A stretch of 64,000 nucleotides of DNA. Source: a virus. The translations under genes were made by a program, and so were the position numbers. The notes under the pieces were generated by a model that did not search any database, was not told where the DNA came from, and was given only the letters and a program-made list of their open reading frames with translations. The stretch is taken from IMG/VR virus record IMGVR_UViG_3300027973_000030, positions 32,001 to 96,000 of that record, one strand, 5' to 3'. This document shows, piece by piece, positions 1-9,832 of the stretch (position 1 is the first letter of the stretch; each line of letters opens with the position of its first letter).

Positions 1-1
1 A

Positions 2-286
2 GACGGAGAGGAAATCACAGGTAAAATCATTGTGGTAGAGTCTCACGATCCATTTAACCCAGAAAATCCTGATAGAGATATCAAGATAGCTGGTGATACA
101 GGTGTAATTTGCCGTGTAGATGATCAAGCAATTTATCGTCAGACGTTCTTTACACCTAATGTAAACGCTCAAGACGAGCTTATTATGCATACTAATGCAG
201 AAGAAATTAAAGAAGTACAATCTGCACAACGTGCAATTGGTTCTTTAAATAAGTCTCGTTTAAAGGAATTACAAGCAGAACTATAA
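2..286 (+). CDS. hypothetical phage protein, 5'-truncated by window edge
   Basis: Frame is open from base 2 (DGEEITGKIIVVESHDPF...) to TAA at 284-286 and is followed by a terminator. Confidence 0.75.
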   Translation, partial: DGEEITGKIIVVESHDPFNPENPDRDIKIAGDTGVICRVDDQAIYRQTFFTPNVNAQDELIMHTNAEEIKEVQSAQRAIGSLNKSRLKELQAEL

Positions 287-311
287 TTGCATAGTGTGTT
301 ATAAACCCCCA

Positions 312-344
312 GGGAGCTTGGAGAAATCTGAGCTCCCATTTTTT
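312..344 (+). terminator. Rho-independent terminator
   Basis: GGGAGCTTGGA-GAAA-TCTGAGCTCCC, an 11-bp stem (2 GU) with GNRA loop, followed by ATTTTTT. Confidence 0.85.
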
Positions 345-372
345 ATCTATTCCATTACATAAATCCAGCTAT

Positions 373-882
373 ATGCACAATAATCAGAACAAAACCGTAT
401 CTGCAAACTCTAAAGGCATAGTTATATGTTTTAGAGACGTTAATAAACATAGGTTTATACCTTATGATAGCCAGTACGTAAAACAAATTCAGCTGTATGG
501 TACCACAAAGTATCAACAGATTGAAGCAGTAGTGTTTAACTCCACTCAAAGAAGGATATATGATGAAGCCTTATACGGGTTTGCCATATACTCTGCAGAA
601 GAGGTAAAAGCTTTTACACCTACTAAAAAGCATTTCATACAAAAAAACTACCATAGAGTACAAAGGTTTTTAGCTCGTTGGAAAGATGACATTATGAATC
701 AGCGTATAGACAATTTCTTGCTTAAGTTATTTCATAGATCAGATGTTGTAAAAGAATTTGTAAAAATTACAAGTTCAGAATACCAATTTTCTAATCCAGG
801 TGAGCGGTTATCAGATGATGTGATAGCACGTAAACTTGTTGAATTTAAACTTTTGCCAAGTAACTTTTTTAACTTAACTTAG
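373..882 (+). CDS. hypothetical protein
   Basis: 169-aa ORF, co-oriented and tightly packed in the operon. Confidence 0.7.
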   Translation: MHNNQNKTVSANSKGIVICFRDVNKHRFIPYDSQYVKQIQLYGTTKYQQIEAVVFNSTQRRIYDEALYGFAIYSAEEVKAFTPTKKHFIQKNYHRVQRFLARWKDDIMNQRIDNFLLKLFHRSDVVKEFVKITSSEYQFSNPGERLSDDVIARKLVEFKLLPSNFFNLT

Positions 883-888
883 AGCATT

Positions 889-1119
889 ATGCAATGTACA
901 TTTGTAATTAACGGTACAGCACAGTTAGTGTTGATACCAGAAAACGATCTAGATAAACTCTTATTAGATAGAGTGCTAGATGGAGGTAGTTTTATTGAAG
1001 CTGTAAGAATTACACAACCTATTAATATTTTAGGTAAACCCGTAACTGACAGTGTAATATTCAAGAAAAAAACACATTCAACACAAAATAGTAAAGAGGA
1101 TGATACAAGCGAAACTTAA
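889..1119 (+). CDS. hypothetical protein
   Basis: 76-aa ORF filling the gap between neighbours. Confidence 0.65.
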   Translation: MQCTFVINGTAQLVLIPENDLDKLLLDRVLDGGSFIEAVRITQPINILGKPVTDSVIFKKKTHSTQNSKEDDTSET

Positions 1120-1483
1120 GATGTGTGCCGGCTGTAACAAGTCTAAACACATATGGAAGTCTCACGGTAAAGAAAAATACTGTAAGGAATGCTGGTATGA
1201 TATTGAGAAACCAAAGTCTATAGCTCCTATGTCTAAAAAGATGAAGGAAACTGTAGATCAGTATTCAAAGATACGTACTGCATACCTTACAGTAAATACT
1301 TTATGTAAGGCTAAACTATCTGGCTGTACAAGCAATGCTACAGAAGTACATCATAAAGCAGGTAGAGGTGAAAATTATCTACGTATTGCTACATGGTTAC
1401 CTGTCTGCAGGAACTGTCACACATGGATAGAGCTTCATCCAGATGCAGCTAAAGAACTTAATTTATCAGAAAACCGATTATAA
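1100..1483 (+). CDS. HNH-type nuclease with N-terminal Zn finger
   Basis: CxxC...CxxC, then EVHHKAGR...LPVCRNCHTWIE (HNH core). Confidence 0.75.
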   Translation: MIQAKLKMCAGCNKSKHIWKSHGKEKYCKECWYDIEKPKSIAPMSKKMKETVDQYSKIRTAYLTVNTLCKAKLSGCTSNATEVHHKAGRGENYLRIATWLPVCRNCHTWIELHPDAAKELNLSENRL

Positions 1484-1484
1484 T

Positions 1485-1766
1485 ATGGAAACAAATTGGG
1501 AAGAAACTAGAAACAAATACAGAATGGCAGCAGTCCATTTTGCTAACAGATATGGAGTAGAAGTATCTGAACACGTAATTGACGTTATGATATCAGCAAT
1601 GATGACAAGAGATAACGTCTTACAAGGTGGTAGCTTTGTACAATCAGTAGTGGCTAACAATTTAAAAGATGCTATTAGTAATGCAGATGCAGACTGTAGT
1701 AAAAATTTAAGAATCATTACACTGTGTGCAAACTTTTGCTACGCTGAATACGAAATGAATGAGTAA
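1485..1766 (+). CDS. hypothetical protein
   Basis: ORF track 1443-1766; ATG at 1485 directly after the upstream stop is the likelier start (METNWEE...). Confidence 0.65.
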   Translation: METNWEETRNKYRMAAVHFANRYGVEVSEHVIDVMISAMMTRDNVLQGGSFVQSVVANNLKDAISNADADCSKNLRIITLCANFCYAEYEMNE

Positions 1767-2883
1767 AAGAGAAGAAATCCAACAAGAAGCTCTTGATATA
1801 GTTACCAAACATAAACGTTCAGGTCTAGCTATATCAATGGGTGTTGGTAAAACCTTAATAGGTTTGAAATATATAGATTTTTTTCAGAAAGCAAACATGA
1901 ATAAGCTTAAAGTGTTAGTAGTAGCACCAAAGCTTTCTATTTTTGATAGCTGGAAAGACGACTCTGTTAAGTTTAATATTTCACTTGATAATGTTGAATT
2001 TACCACTTACTTATCATTAAATAAATGTGATCCATTTATTTATGATATAGTTATAATGGATGAGTGTCACAGTTTACTAATTAATCACACTTTATTTCTT
2101 AACCGATATAAAGGTAGAATACTTGGTTTAACTGGTACACCGCCTAGACACTTACAATCTGAAAAAGGTAAGATGGTAAGTACATATTGTCCTATGATGT
2201 ATAAATACATTACAGATGATGCTATTGACGATAACATTCTTAATGATTACAGAATTATAGTTCATAAGCTTTCTTTATCTACTGATAACACAATAGCAGT
2301 AAATATGAAAGACAAACAGTTTTATACCTCTGAGCAAAAGAACTATGAATATTGGACTAAACGTCTAATGGAAGCACAGAGTAAAAAGATGGAACAAATA
2401 GCTTCTGTAATGAGAATGCGTACTCTTATGGATTTTCAAACTAAAGAGACTTATGCTAAACAGCTGATGCAAGATATAGAAGAGAAGTGTATTGTATTTT
2501 GTAATACACAAGCTCAAGCAGATAGAATTTGTAAAGATTCATATCATTCTACTAATCCAGATGCTGAAGACAATCTTCTTAGATTTAAAAACGATGAGAT
2601 AGATAAACTTTCATGTGTTCTTCAACTTAATGAGGGTGTAAATATACCTAATCTTAGAGCCGGCATAATTATGCATGCTTATGGTAACGAGCGTAAAAGC
2701 AATCAACGTATAGGTAGATTACTAAGACTTAATCCTAATGATACATCTATTATACACATACTATGTTATAAAAACAGTGTAGATGAACGTTGGGTTACAG
2801 AAGCTCTTAAAGATTTAGATCCTGCTAAAGTGAAACACTTTGATGTAAAAATTGAAACAGATGAATCAATCTTTTATAGGTAA
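1759..2883 (+). CDS. superfamily 2 (DExH) helicase
   Basis: Walker A-like MGVGKT, DECH, GLTGT, EGVNIP and QRIGRLLR motifs. Confidence 0.9.
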   Translation: MSKREEIQQEALDIVTKHKRSGLAISMGVGKTLIGLKYIDFFQKANMNKLKVLVVAPKLSIFDSWKDDSVKFNISLDNVEFTTYLSLNKCDPFIYDIVIMDECHSLLINHTLFLNRYKGRILGLTGTPPRHLQSEKGKMVSTYCPMMYKYITDDAIDDNILNDYRIIVHKLSLSTDNTIAVNMKDKQFYTSEQKNYEYWTKRLMEAQSKKMEQIASVMRMRTLMDFQTKETYAKQLMQDIEEKCIVFCNTQAQADRICKDSYHSTNPDAEDNLLRFKNDEIDKLSCVLQLNEGVNIPNLRAGIIMHAYGNERKSNQRIGRLLRLNPNDTSIIHILCYKNSVDERWVTEALKDLDPAKVKHFDVKIETDESIFYR

Positions 2884-3256
2884 ACTTATAAAAAAGAATG
2901 GGAGACTAGAGTTTTCTAGTCTTGCCCAATCTAAACAGTTTGAATATTATGCTTCAGATGTACCAGATGGTATGATAGTAGAATGTTTTTACGAAATGAC
3001 TCATGATGATGGCACGCTTCCACAGCTAGCCAAACTTCATGTAATAATTAGACAGCTTGCCAATCATATTGGTGAGACTGCAGAGAATATGAAAATTCTT
3101 ATTAAAGATCGTGCTGGTCTTTGTATATCTAGAGAAGTAGCAGGTAGAGAATACTTTTTAGCTAAAAGCTTTGGTGAGTGTTCTAAAGAAGACTTATCGT
3201 TAGCTATACAAGCAGCTATGGAAATAGGTGAAGAAATTAATTTTCCGGTAGGGTAA
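2861..3256 (+). CDS. NinB/Orf-like recombination mediator (tentative)
   Basis: TLPQLAKLHVIIRQLA...KSFGECSKEDLS resembles the NinB pattern; the start may be 2852 (TTG) or 2861 (ATG). Confidence 0.5.
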   Translation: MNQSFIGKLIKKNGRLEFSSLAQSKQFEYYASDVPDGMIVECFYEMTHDDGTLPQLAKLHVIIRQLANHIGETAENMKILIKDRAGLCISREVAGREYFLAKSFGECSKEDLSLAIQAAMEIGEEINFPVG

Positions 3257-3515
3257 TTTCTTTCTCTTCTAACTGTCCATCAGTTTCAGCTTTATCTTCA
3301 AGAGCTCTGATCAATAACACTACAGTGAATAAGTGAGCCATCCAGTCTTCTGTGATCTCTTTCTTTTCAATAATAGCAGTTTCAAATTCTTTAATTTGTT
3401 CATCAGTCTTGTCTTCTGTAAGATATACAAGAAGGTCTTTTAGCTTTAAATAAAAAGCTGTACCGATAGGGAGATGTATAATAGCATCACTCTTTAATAT
3501 TTTCATTTTTTCCAT
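3237..3515 (-). CDS. small acidic hypothetical protein (solitary antisense gene)
   Basis: 92-aa ORF fills the gap between + strand genes and has its own TAAATTTG element upstream on the - strand. Confidence 0.7.
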   Translation of the reverse strand: MEKMKILKSDAIIHLPIGTAFYLKLKDLLVYLTEDKTDEQIKEFETAIIEKKEITEDWMAHLFTVVLLIRALEDKAETDGQLEEKEITLPEN

Positions 3516-3532
3516 AATGTAGATTTATTCTA

Positions 3533-3540
3533 CAAATTTA
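3533..3540 (-). promoter_or_regulatory. Bacteroidota-type -7 promoter element (TAnnTTTG)
   Basis: TAAATTTG on the - strand 17 nt upstream of the ATG at 3515. Confidence 0.5.
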
Positions 3541-3550
3541 ATAAATTTTT

Positions 3551-4267
3551 ATGACTGAGACGATAAATCTTGAAGAAATAAAATGTAAGCTTATTGAGCG
3601 TCTAAAACCGTCAGGTTGGGCAGATAAGTTTAAAAGTTTTATACAATCTAGTGATTTTGATAATATACTAGAAACCCTATATAAACAAAGAGAAGACGGT
3701 AAACGCTTTACTCCTCCTCTTAAGCATGTATTTAATGCATTTCAAAACTGTCCGTTAAACGATCTTAAGATTGTTGTAATAGGACAAGACCCTTATCCAC
3801 AGTTTGGTGTAGCAGACGGTATGGCATTTTCTTGTGGTATCACTGGAAAACCTCAACCAAGTTTGCGTAACATGTTTGAAGCTATAGAACAAACAGTTTA
3901 CCAAGAGTTTCCTACGTATCAAGATCCTAATCTTGCACGCTGGGCTAACCAGGGCGTACTGTTATTAAATACAGCTCTTACCTGCGAGGTAGATAAGATT
4001 GGATCTCACGTAAATCTATGGCATGACTTTACAATGTATGTATTAGATATGCTCAACTTAACAAGTTCTGGTTTGATCTTTATGCTTTTAGGTAAGCAAG
4101 CTCAAGAACTAGAACCTTTCATCGGACAGAATCATTATATACTTAAAGCTTCTCATCCAGCTTCTGCAGCTTATACTAAAACAGTATGGGATTGTGGTGA
4201 TGTATTCAACAAAGCTAATGAGATCATTAAAGGTAATAATGGTCCTGAATTTACAATTAACTGGTAA
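3551..4267 (+). CDS. ung: uracil-DNA glycosylase, family 1
   Basis: GQDPY, GMAFS, QPSLRN, WANQGVLLLN and SHP motifs. Confidence 0.95.
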   Translation: MTETINLEEIKCKLIERLKPSGWADKFKSFIQSSDFDNILETLYKQREDGKRFTPPLKHVFNAFQNCPLNDLKIVVIGQDPYPQFGVADGMAFSCGITGKPQPSLRNMFEAIEQTVYQEFPTYQDPNLARWANQGVLLLNTALTCEVDKIGSHVNLWHDFTMYVLDMLNLTSSGLIFMLLGKQAQELEPFIGQNHYILKASHPASAAYTKTVWDCGDVFNKANEIIKGNNGPEFTINW

Positions 4268-4285
4268 AATTTTAAATACACAATT

Positions 4286-4702
4286 ATGGCAATCAACAAA
4301 GTAGAGATCTATGTATCTCAAATTCTAGAGGATTTAGACAATGGTCTAACCTGGTTAAAGAAAGACGACTTAGGATATGGAAGTATCCAAGATAAGTACA
4401 ATGCAAAAGAGCAACAGATCGCTATGATCCGTAAACATCCTGCTTTAAAGGATGCAGAAACTACAGTTACAGTATTTACTGTAATTGATGATACAAAAAA
4501 TAATAATAATGCAGGAACAACCACCAATGACACTAGTGTCAGACGAGATGAGATCAATTTGGAAAGCTTACCAAAGACTAATATCGGGGACACAAGATCT
4601 ACGGATACAAGCGTCATATCTCAAGGTAACAACCAGACTGCTATTAGAATCACAGCAGAGAGTGGTGCAGAATCCGACCTCGCAGCATTTGCAAACCTTT
4701 AA
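4286..4702 (+). CDS. hypothetical protein
   Basis: 138-aa ORF with a folded N-terminus and a T/N-rich C-terminal part. Confidence 0.7.
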   Translation: MAINKVEIYVSQILEDLDNGLTWLKKDDLGYGSIQDKYNAKEQQIAMIRKHPALKDAETTVTVFTVIDDTKNNNNAGTTTNDTSVRRDEINLESLPKTNIGDTRSTDTSVISQGNNQTAIRITAESGAESDLAAFANL

Positions 4703-4727
4703 CACACAACCCAAAAATACATTAAAA

Positions 4728-5864
4728 ATGTCTAAAGTAAAATCAATTACAAAAAAGTCTACGCAGGAAGTAAGAACTATTGATACATCATTAATCAATA
4801 AAGAAGAAGTATTTAAAATGCTAGCTCTAGCAGAATCTACAGGTTTACCCTGTTTATTAGTAGGTGCACCTGGCGTAGCTAAAACTAAAACAGTATTGGA
4901 TTATGCAAAAGCTTGGTTAAACAGAGATGGTAATATGACTGCACAAGACTTTGCTAATAAAATCTATATATTAGAGACTGATGAAGGTACTAAAGCATCA
5001 GAGATCAAAGGTATGCCTGATTTAGGTAAGTTATTTACTGAAAATATCTATGATCTTAATACACCAATTGCTGAAGCAGAGATTGTTATCATTAATGAGG
5101 TAGACAAAGCATCTTCAGCTATACGTAATGCTATGTTAGGTGTAATGAACGAGAAGTTCTTATTCAACGGTAAGCACAAAATCCCATGTAAGTGGAAGTT
5201 ATTCATTGCTACATGTAATGAAATACCGAAAGATGAGATTGGATCTCCTTTCTGGGATAGATTTATGTTAAAGCATACTGTTAACCGTGTATCTGCAGGT
5301 GAACTAGTTAAGTATTTTAACAAAGGGGCCCGTAACTACAAAGAAAAGTTTACAATTGGTATACCATCTAAAACTGAAATAGAGTCTTTAGAAGTACCAG
5401 TTAATAAGTTAGAAAAATATCTTGAGGTGGGTTACCAAAACAGTTCAGATCGTACGTTAACTTTCGTACCTAGTCTAACTAAAGCGGTATCATACATCTG
5501 GGACATTAGTATAGATAAAGCACTTGTGAAAACAGCACAAATTATGATTGGACAATCAGCAGGTTCTGAATTACAGAACAAGTTGATGTCTCCAGAAGTT
5601 AAAGCTGTTATGAGCAAAGTGGAAATGTTACATTCTCACAGTTCTAATGAGCAGTTAGAATTAGCTATTGCTGAAATAGAGAGCTTAATCAATACTTACA
5701 CTTCTCGTGGTATCATGGATGAAGGACAAGTAGAAGAAATAGAACTTTCTATGCAGTATATATTACAGAATCACCCTGCTCGTGTAGATAACCAAGGTTC
5801 AGAAGACTTTGAAGCTATGATGTCTGAATCTGAAGTAGAACAAGCCTCTGTTCAAGCTTTTTAA
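4728..5864 (+). CDS. MoxR/RavA-like AAA+ ATPase
   Basis: GAPGVAKT Walker A, IIINEVDKA Walker B variant, RNAMLGVMNE, ATCN and FWDRF; the likely start is MSKVK at 4728 because the ORF-track start overlaps the upstream gene. Confidence 0.88.
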   Translation: MSKVKSITKKSTQEVRTIDTSLINKEEVFKMLALAESTGLPCLLVGAPGVAKTKTVLDYAKAWLNRDGNMTAQDFANKIYILETDEGTKASEIKGMPDLGKLFTENIYDLNTPIAEAEIVIINEVDKASSAIRNAMLGVMNEKFLFNGKHKIPCKWKLFIATCNEIPKDEIGSPFWDRFMLKHTVNRVSAGELVKYFNKGARNYKEKFTIGIPSKTEIESLEVPVNKLEKYLEVGYQNSSDRTLTFVPSLTKAVSYIWDISIDKALVKTAQIMIGQSAGSELQNKLMSPEVKAVMSKVEMLHSHSSNEQLELAIAEIESLINTYTSRGIMDEGQVEEIELSMQYILQNHPARVDNQGSEDFEAMMSESEVEQASVQAF

Positions 5865-5932
5865 CACAGGGTTATAGATTGATAGCCAATAACTTTTATT
5901 GGAAAGATTCAAATTTATATAAATACAATGAA

Positions 5933-5981
5933 CTCACTAGCAAGATGGACTTATTTTGTTCATCTGCTGGTGAGCTTTTTT
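5933..5981 (+). terminator. long hairpin plus T tract between the AAA and vWA genes
   Basis: CTCACTAGCAAGATGGAC...GTTCATCTGCTGGTGAG followed by CTTTTTT. Confidence 0.6.
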
Positions 5982-6008
5982 AATTTATAATCCTTAAAAT
6001 AAATTAAC

Positions 6009-7526
6009 ATGGCACTGAAAAGTCTCAGTACAGGAAAGCAGTATAAGAATGTTTATACCATCCTAGAAAAAGTAAAGAAAGGAGAGATACAATCTCACTA
6101 TAAAGATACAGAAGGATTATTTGGTAAGCTTAACTTCTATAAAAAAGGAGATCTTATCAAACCTCACATGCATTATATAGATGAAGATAAACTTAGCTCA
6201 ATAGTAAGAGCTCATATTAATGATCCACAAGGAGTTAATACCGACTATAATAAATTTCAAAGAAGTGCTAGTTTTAATAAAATATCTGACGATAGAAAGC
6301 CTGATTTCCGTGCATTTTCTGAGAAATTAATAGAAACTTATAATAAGTTTCCTAAACATCTTAAGAATGACATCTTTAAGATGTTCTATCATAAAATGGA
6401 TAGACTAGACTTTGAAGAGCGTACAGATAAAAATTACGGTCAGTACAAATTTTTAGAAAGAGCTAACAATCCTGTTTCTAAAATTATGACAGAAACAAGT
6501 AATCTTAAGTCTTCAATTTTTGCAAGAAACTTAATGAGATATTTTGCTATGCAGCTAACTATGATGGAATATGTAGATCCAGATGCAGCAAAACAAATAA
6601 TGAATGGTCTTAATGGTAGTTCTGAGTTTGATAATGAAGACTTAGATAAATTAATGAAAGACATGCTTGATAATAAACTATCTAAAAATATGTTAGATGA
6701 TGCTGTAAAAGATGCAACAGAAACATGTAAATCTTTGGATGAAAGTATGCCTAAAGATATACAAGATAGCTTGTTTGAAAACATAAAAGATGGCGGTGGA
6801 GCTTCTAAAATAGGACCTGAGTATCTAAAACAGGTGGCTGAAGACATTAGACGTATTAATCTCTCTTTAGGTTCATTAAAAGAAAAGATTAAAAAACTTA
6901 TGGACAAATCCACGTCATACTTTAGTGCTAAAAAAGAGACTATATATGAAGACTTATTTAATTCTGATAATATATCAGCGTTAGATGATTATGTATTCTT
7001 ACATCCAAAGCTTAGAAAAGTAATGATAGAAGATATCATTATTAAAGACACTAAAGCTATAGGTAAGATTGATATATACATAGACATTTCAGGATCAATG
7101 TCTGGTAACTGTGGAGTAAAAGATAAAGATGGAAATAATATAGATAAGCTAGATTTCTGTAAAGCTTTTGCACTTAAGTTACAAGAACTAGATTTGTTAA
7201 ATAAAATCTACGTATTTAATGATCGTGTAAGAAGTTTAAAAACAGATATATTTACAATAGCTGCTTTAGGTACATCAGGCGGTACGTGCATAAACAATGT
7301 GGTTGAACATATCAATCAACATAGTACTAATGCATTAGTAGTGACAGATGCTGAAGACAGATGTCGTATATATTCCGACAAAGCTTTCTTTATAGGTATT
7401 AACGGTGCTAGATTTGATTACTTTAATGAATCAGTTATGCAACAATACTCTGATGCAGGTCAAGCAGTAGTCTTTGATGGTAGTAAAATCTATAAAGTAG
7501 ATAAAAAAGGTGAAGTTATAGGTTAA
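6009..7526 (+). CDS. vWA (MIDAS) domain protein, ViaA-like partner of the MoxR ATPase
   Basis: C-terminal IDISGSM, GGT and VVTDAE MIDAS motifs; adjacent to the MoxR gene. Confidence 0.88.
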   Translation: MALKSLSTGKQYKNVYTILEKVKKGEIQSHYKDTEGLFGKLNFYKKGDLIKPHMHYIDEDKLSSIVRAHINDPQGVNTDYNKFQRSASFNKISDDRKPDFRAFSEKLIETYNKFPKHLKNDIFKMFYHKMDRLDFEERTDKNYGQYKFLERANNPVSKIMTETSNLKSSIFARNLMRYFAMQLTMMEYVDPDAAKQIMNGLNGSSEFDNEDLDKLMKDMLDNKLSKNMLDDAVKDATETCKSLDESMPKDIQDSLFENIKDGGGASKIGPEYLKQVAEDIRRINLSLGSLKEKIKKLMDKSTSYFSAKKETIYEDLFNSDNISALDDYVFLHPKLRKVMIEDIIIKDTKAIGKIDIYIDISGSMSGNCGVKDKDGNNIDKLDFCKAFALKLQELDLLNKIYVFNDRVRSLKTDIFTIAALGTSGGTCINNVVEHINQHSTNALVVTDAEDRCRIYSDKAFFIGINGARFDYFNESVMQQYSDAGQAVVFDGSKIYKVDKKGEVIG

Positions 7527-8862
7527 TCTTAGATCCTATAACAGCAAAATATAACATGGGAACCTCGGGATTAGTAGAAATACTAGTCTTGAGTCCTATG
7601 TTTAACTTAAATCTCTTAGTAAAAGAGTAATCAAAACCAAAACCTGTAAGTATACCCATATCTGAAGACTCAGTAAAACTACCTTCTTTAGTAAGATATA
7701 TTAAAGGACTACCTGATAAATATATATCAGGAGATATAGATAACCGTTTACTTAGTGTAAATGGTTTAGTGTAGAATAATAAAATAGAACTAGTTAAACT
7801 AATTTGACTAGATGCATCTATCATTGGGTCCGGCTGGTACGCTGCTTCAGCAAAACTCAAAGTGTAATTGACACCAGTTACACCCCATTTTCCTAATGGT
7901 TTTATGTAAGCATATGTACCAAAACCAAACTTTGTACCGAAAGCATAAGCTGCTGTAAAACCAAAGTTAGATATACCTTGGAGTTTACCTTCATCAAAAT
8001 GCATTAAAGTATATCTAGAACTAATAGCAAACTGTTGTAGATTGCTCCACACCATACCGGTTACTCCCCAGGAAGATTGTCCAGTCATAGAAGACTGTGA
8101 TATCCCACCGGTCATAATAATACTGAAACTATTATCTAGACTTTGCCCACCAGTAAAGTCAGAGTTAAATAATATAGGATTTACTTTAGCAGGTCCCTTA
8201 GCGGCAGCTTTAGATTTAGATCCCCCAGATTTAGATGATGAACTTTTTGATTCAGATTTAGACTCAGACTTAGATTCTGAGCTACTTGATGAAGACTCTG
8301 ATTTAGAATCTGATGATGAAGAAGAACTTTCCCCGCTAGAGCTACTACTGCTAGACTCTGAGCTCGATCCTTGAGAATTGCTTGAACTAGAAGCAGAGCT
8401 ACTAGCTGAGGAAGACGCAGAAGAACTTGCAGATGAAGCAGCACTACTAGAAGCTGATGAGGCGGCTGAACTTGCTGCTGATGAAGCTGCACTAGCCGCA
8501 GCAGAAGAAGCTGCCGTAGAAGCAGCCGCAGAGGCTGCAGCACTTACTGCAGCAGAAACAGCACTGGCTGTAATCTGAGTACTAGTAGCTGTAGCTTGAG
8601 CAACAGAACAGGGAGATAACTTTCTATAATCTTCATAAACTTGATTGAGCCAACTATTAAAAGCCCCGCTCCTAACATCAGCAGACGTAAAGACTCTAGA
8701 CTTATTGTAAAAAACAATAACAGTACTACCAGTGATAGGGATAACAAACGTAGAGACCACTTTTGTACAAGGGTCAACAAATGTCTGTACAAGAGTTTGA
8801 GAGTATCCATAAAATGGTAGGATTACTACTAAAAATAGTAAAAATATAAACCGTTTCATCAT
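7516..8862 (-). CDS. exported protein with Ser/Ala-rich linker and predicted C-terminal outer-membrane beta-barrel
   Basis: Sec signal peptide, about 130 aa of S/A/E/K low complexity, and alternating hydrophobic/aromatic beta strands ending AVIGSKINL. Confidence 0.7.
   Translation of the reverse strand: MMKRFIFLLFLVVILPFYGYSQTLVQTFVDPCTKVVSTFVIPITGSTVIVFYNKSRVFTSADVRSGAFNSWLNQVYEDYRKLSPCSVAQATATSTQITASAVSAAVSAAASAAASTAASSAAASAASSAASSAASSASSSAASSASSSASSSASSSASSSSNSQGSSSESSSSSSSGESSSSSSDSKSESSSSSSESKSESKSESKSSSSKSGGSKSKAAAKGPAKVNPILFNSDFTGGQSLDNSFSIIMTGGISQSSMTGQSSWGVTGMVWSNLQQFAISSRYTLMHFDEGKLQGISNFGFTAAYAFGTKFGFGTYAYIKPLGKWGVTGVNYTLSFAEAAYQPDPMIDASSQISLTSSILLFYTKPFTLSKRLSISPDIYLSGSPLIYLTKEGSFTESSDMGILTGFGFDYSFTKRFKLNIGLKTSISTNPEVPMLYFAVIGSKINL
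8190..8590 (-). repeat. low-complexity Ser/Ala codon repeats (AASSA, SSSSES)
   Basis: Visible degenerate repeats encoding the linker. Confidence 0.8.
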
Positions 8863-9590
8863 TTAGTGAAGATTGCTTTCTTCACCATTCTATCTAAAAT
8901 ACGAGCACATGCTATATCTAGAGCTTTTTTCGTAGCAATAGAAATAGTAGATTGATTAAATTTTACAGGGTCTAAACTAGCGTCAGATAATCCTGATGTT
9001 TCTTTAGTACTTTTAGCTTCACCCAATCCAGAACCAGATATAATGGTACCCGTTTCAGCGTCAGTGAATCTCACTTGCAAACCGATACGAGTAACCATCA
9101 ACTGTTTTGTATCCCCCTTTATATACACAGATTCGTCTTCTGATATAGAGTAATCATAGCATTCTATAGTAACAAAGTACTTAGCTAGATTAATCTTACC
9201 ACGACCATCTAGTTTATTCTCAGATATCCCGGCAGCGGAAGCTTGAAACTGCTTCACCATACGGTTTTTAATCTCTGTTTTATCCTCAGTAAACTTGAAC
9301 CTATTAAGGTTCTCTAAATATTCCATAGATATGTTAGCTACGCCAAGACCTACACGCTTTTCTTTAAGCTCAGGGTATTGTTCGTACATCTCATCTGATA
9401 TACCACACTTAAGAATTTGTATAGGTATTTGCACACCTTCATAATCCATAAACTGACTAATGTCTATAGCTTTTTCAAAACTAGCTTTATAATTCTCAGT
9501 GGTAGTCTTAGCTATTTGTGAAAAACCAGTATGCCCTATTAAGAGCATACTGGATAGAAACACAAACCAAACAAAATATTTCTTAATCAT
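8859..9590 (-). CDS. CsgG/HfaB-family protein
   Basis: Signal peptide; GLGVANI..EYLENLNRFKFTE, AKYFVTIECYDY and IGLQVRFTDAETGTII match the CsgG-like fold pattern. Confidence 0.75.
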   Translation of the reverse strand: MIKKYFVWFVFLSSMLLIGHTGFSQIAKTTTENYKASFEKAIDISQFMDYEGVQIPIQILKCGISDEMYEQYPELKEKRVGLGVANISMEYLENLNRFKFTEDKTEIKNRMVKQFQASAAGISENKLDGRGKINLAKYFVTIECYDYSISEDESVYIKGDTKQLMVTRIGLQVRFTDAETGTIISGSGLGEAKSTKETSGLSDASLDPVKFNQSTISIATKKALDIACARILDRMVKKAIFTK

Positions 9591-9808
9591 GTTTTTAATT
9601 TAGTAGAGTATTTGGTAAGTAACCAATATAGCAGCCAAAAGACCCCTGACAAGCAGTAGAATATGATATCTGTAGCCCAGAAGCTCCCAGTAATATTTAA
9701 GAGAGTCTTGAATAAAAGATCGTATCCTAAAGGTAGGAAGAACATTGCCAGCATTAAGCTGATATCTTTGAGAGAATTCACGCTCCGTAGTCTGTTTCTT
9801 TTGTTCAT
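9587..9808 (-). CDS. small two-TM membrane protein
   Basis: Two hydrophobic segments; 4-bp overlap with the CsgG-like gene. Confidence 0.65.
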   Translation of the reverse strand: MNKRNRLRSVNSLKDISLMLAMFFLPLGYDLLFKTLLNITGSFWATDIIFYCLSGVFWLLYWLLTKYSTKLKT

Positions 9809-9832
9809 CAGGATCCATGGGAGTTAATTAAG

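Noticed and set aside
4485-4727. 81-aa N-terminal extension of the MoxR ATPase
   Set aside because: It overlaps the upstream 138-aa gene; the ATG at 4728 after an A-rich leader is more plausible
8042-8810. Alternative-frame and + strand ORFs rich in L/E/D/A
   Set aside because: These are shadows of the Ser/Ala low-complexity linker of the 448-aa gene
8859-9590. Complete curli (csg) operon
   Set aside because: No curlin-repeat CsgA/B or recognisable CsgE/F; the protein also lacks an obvious lipobox
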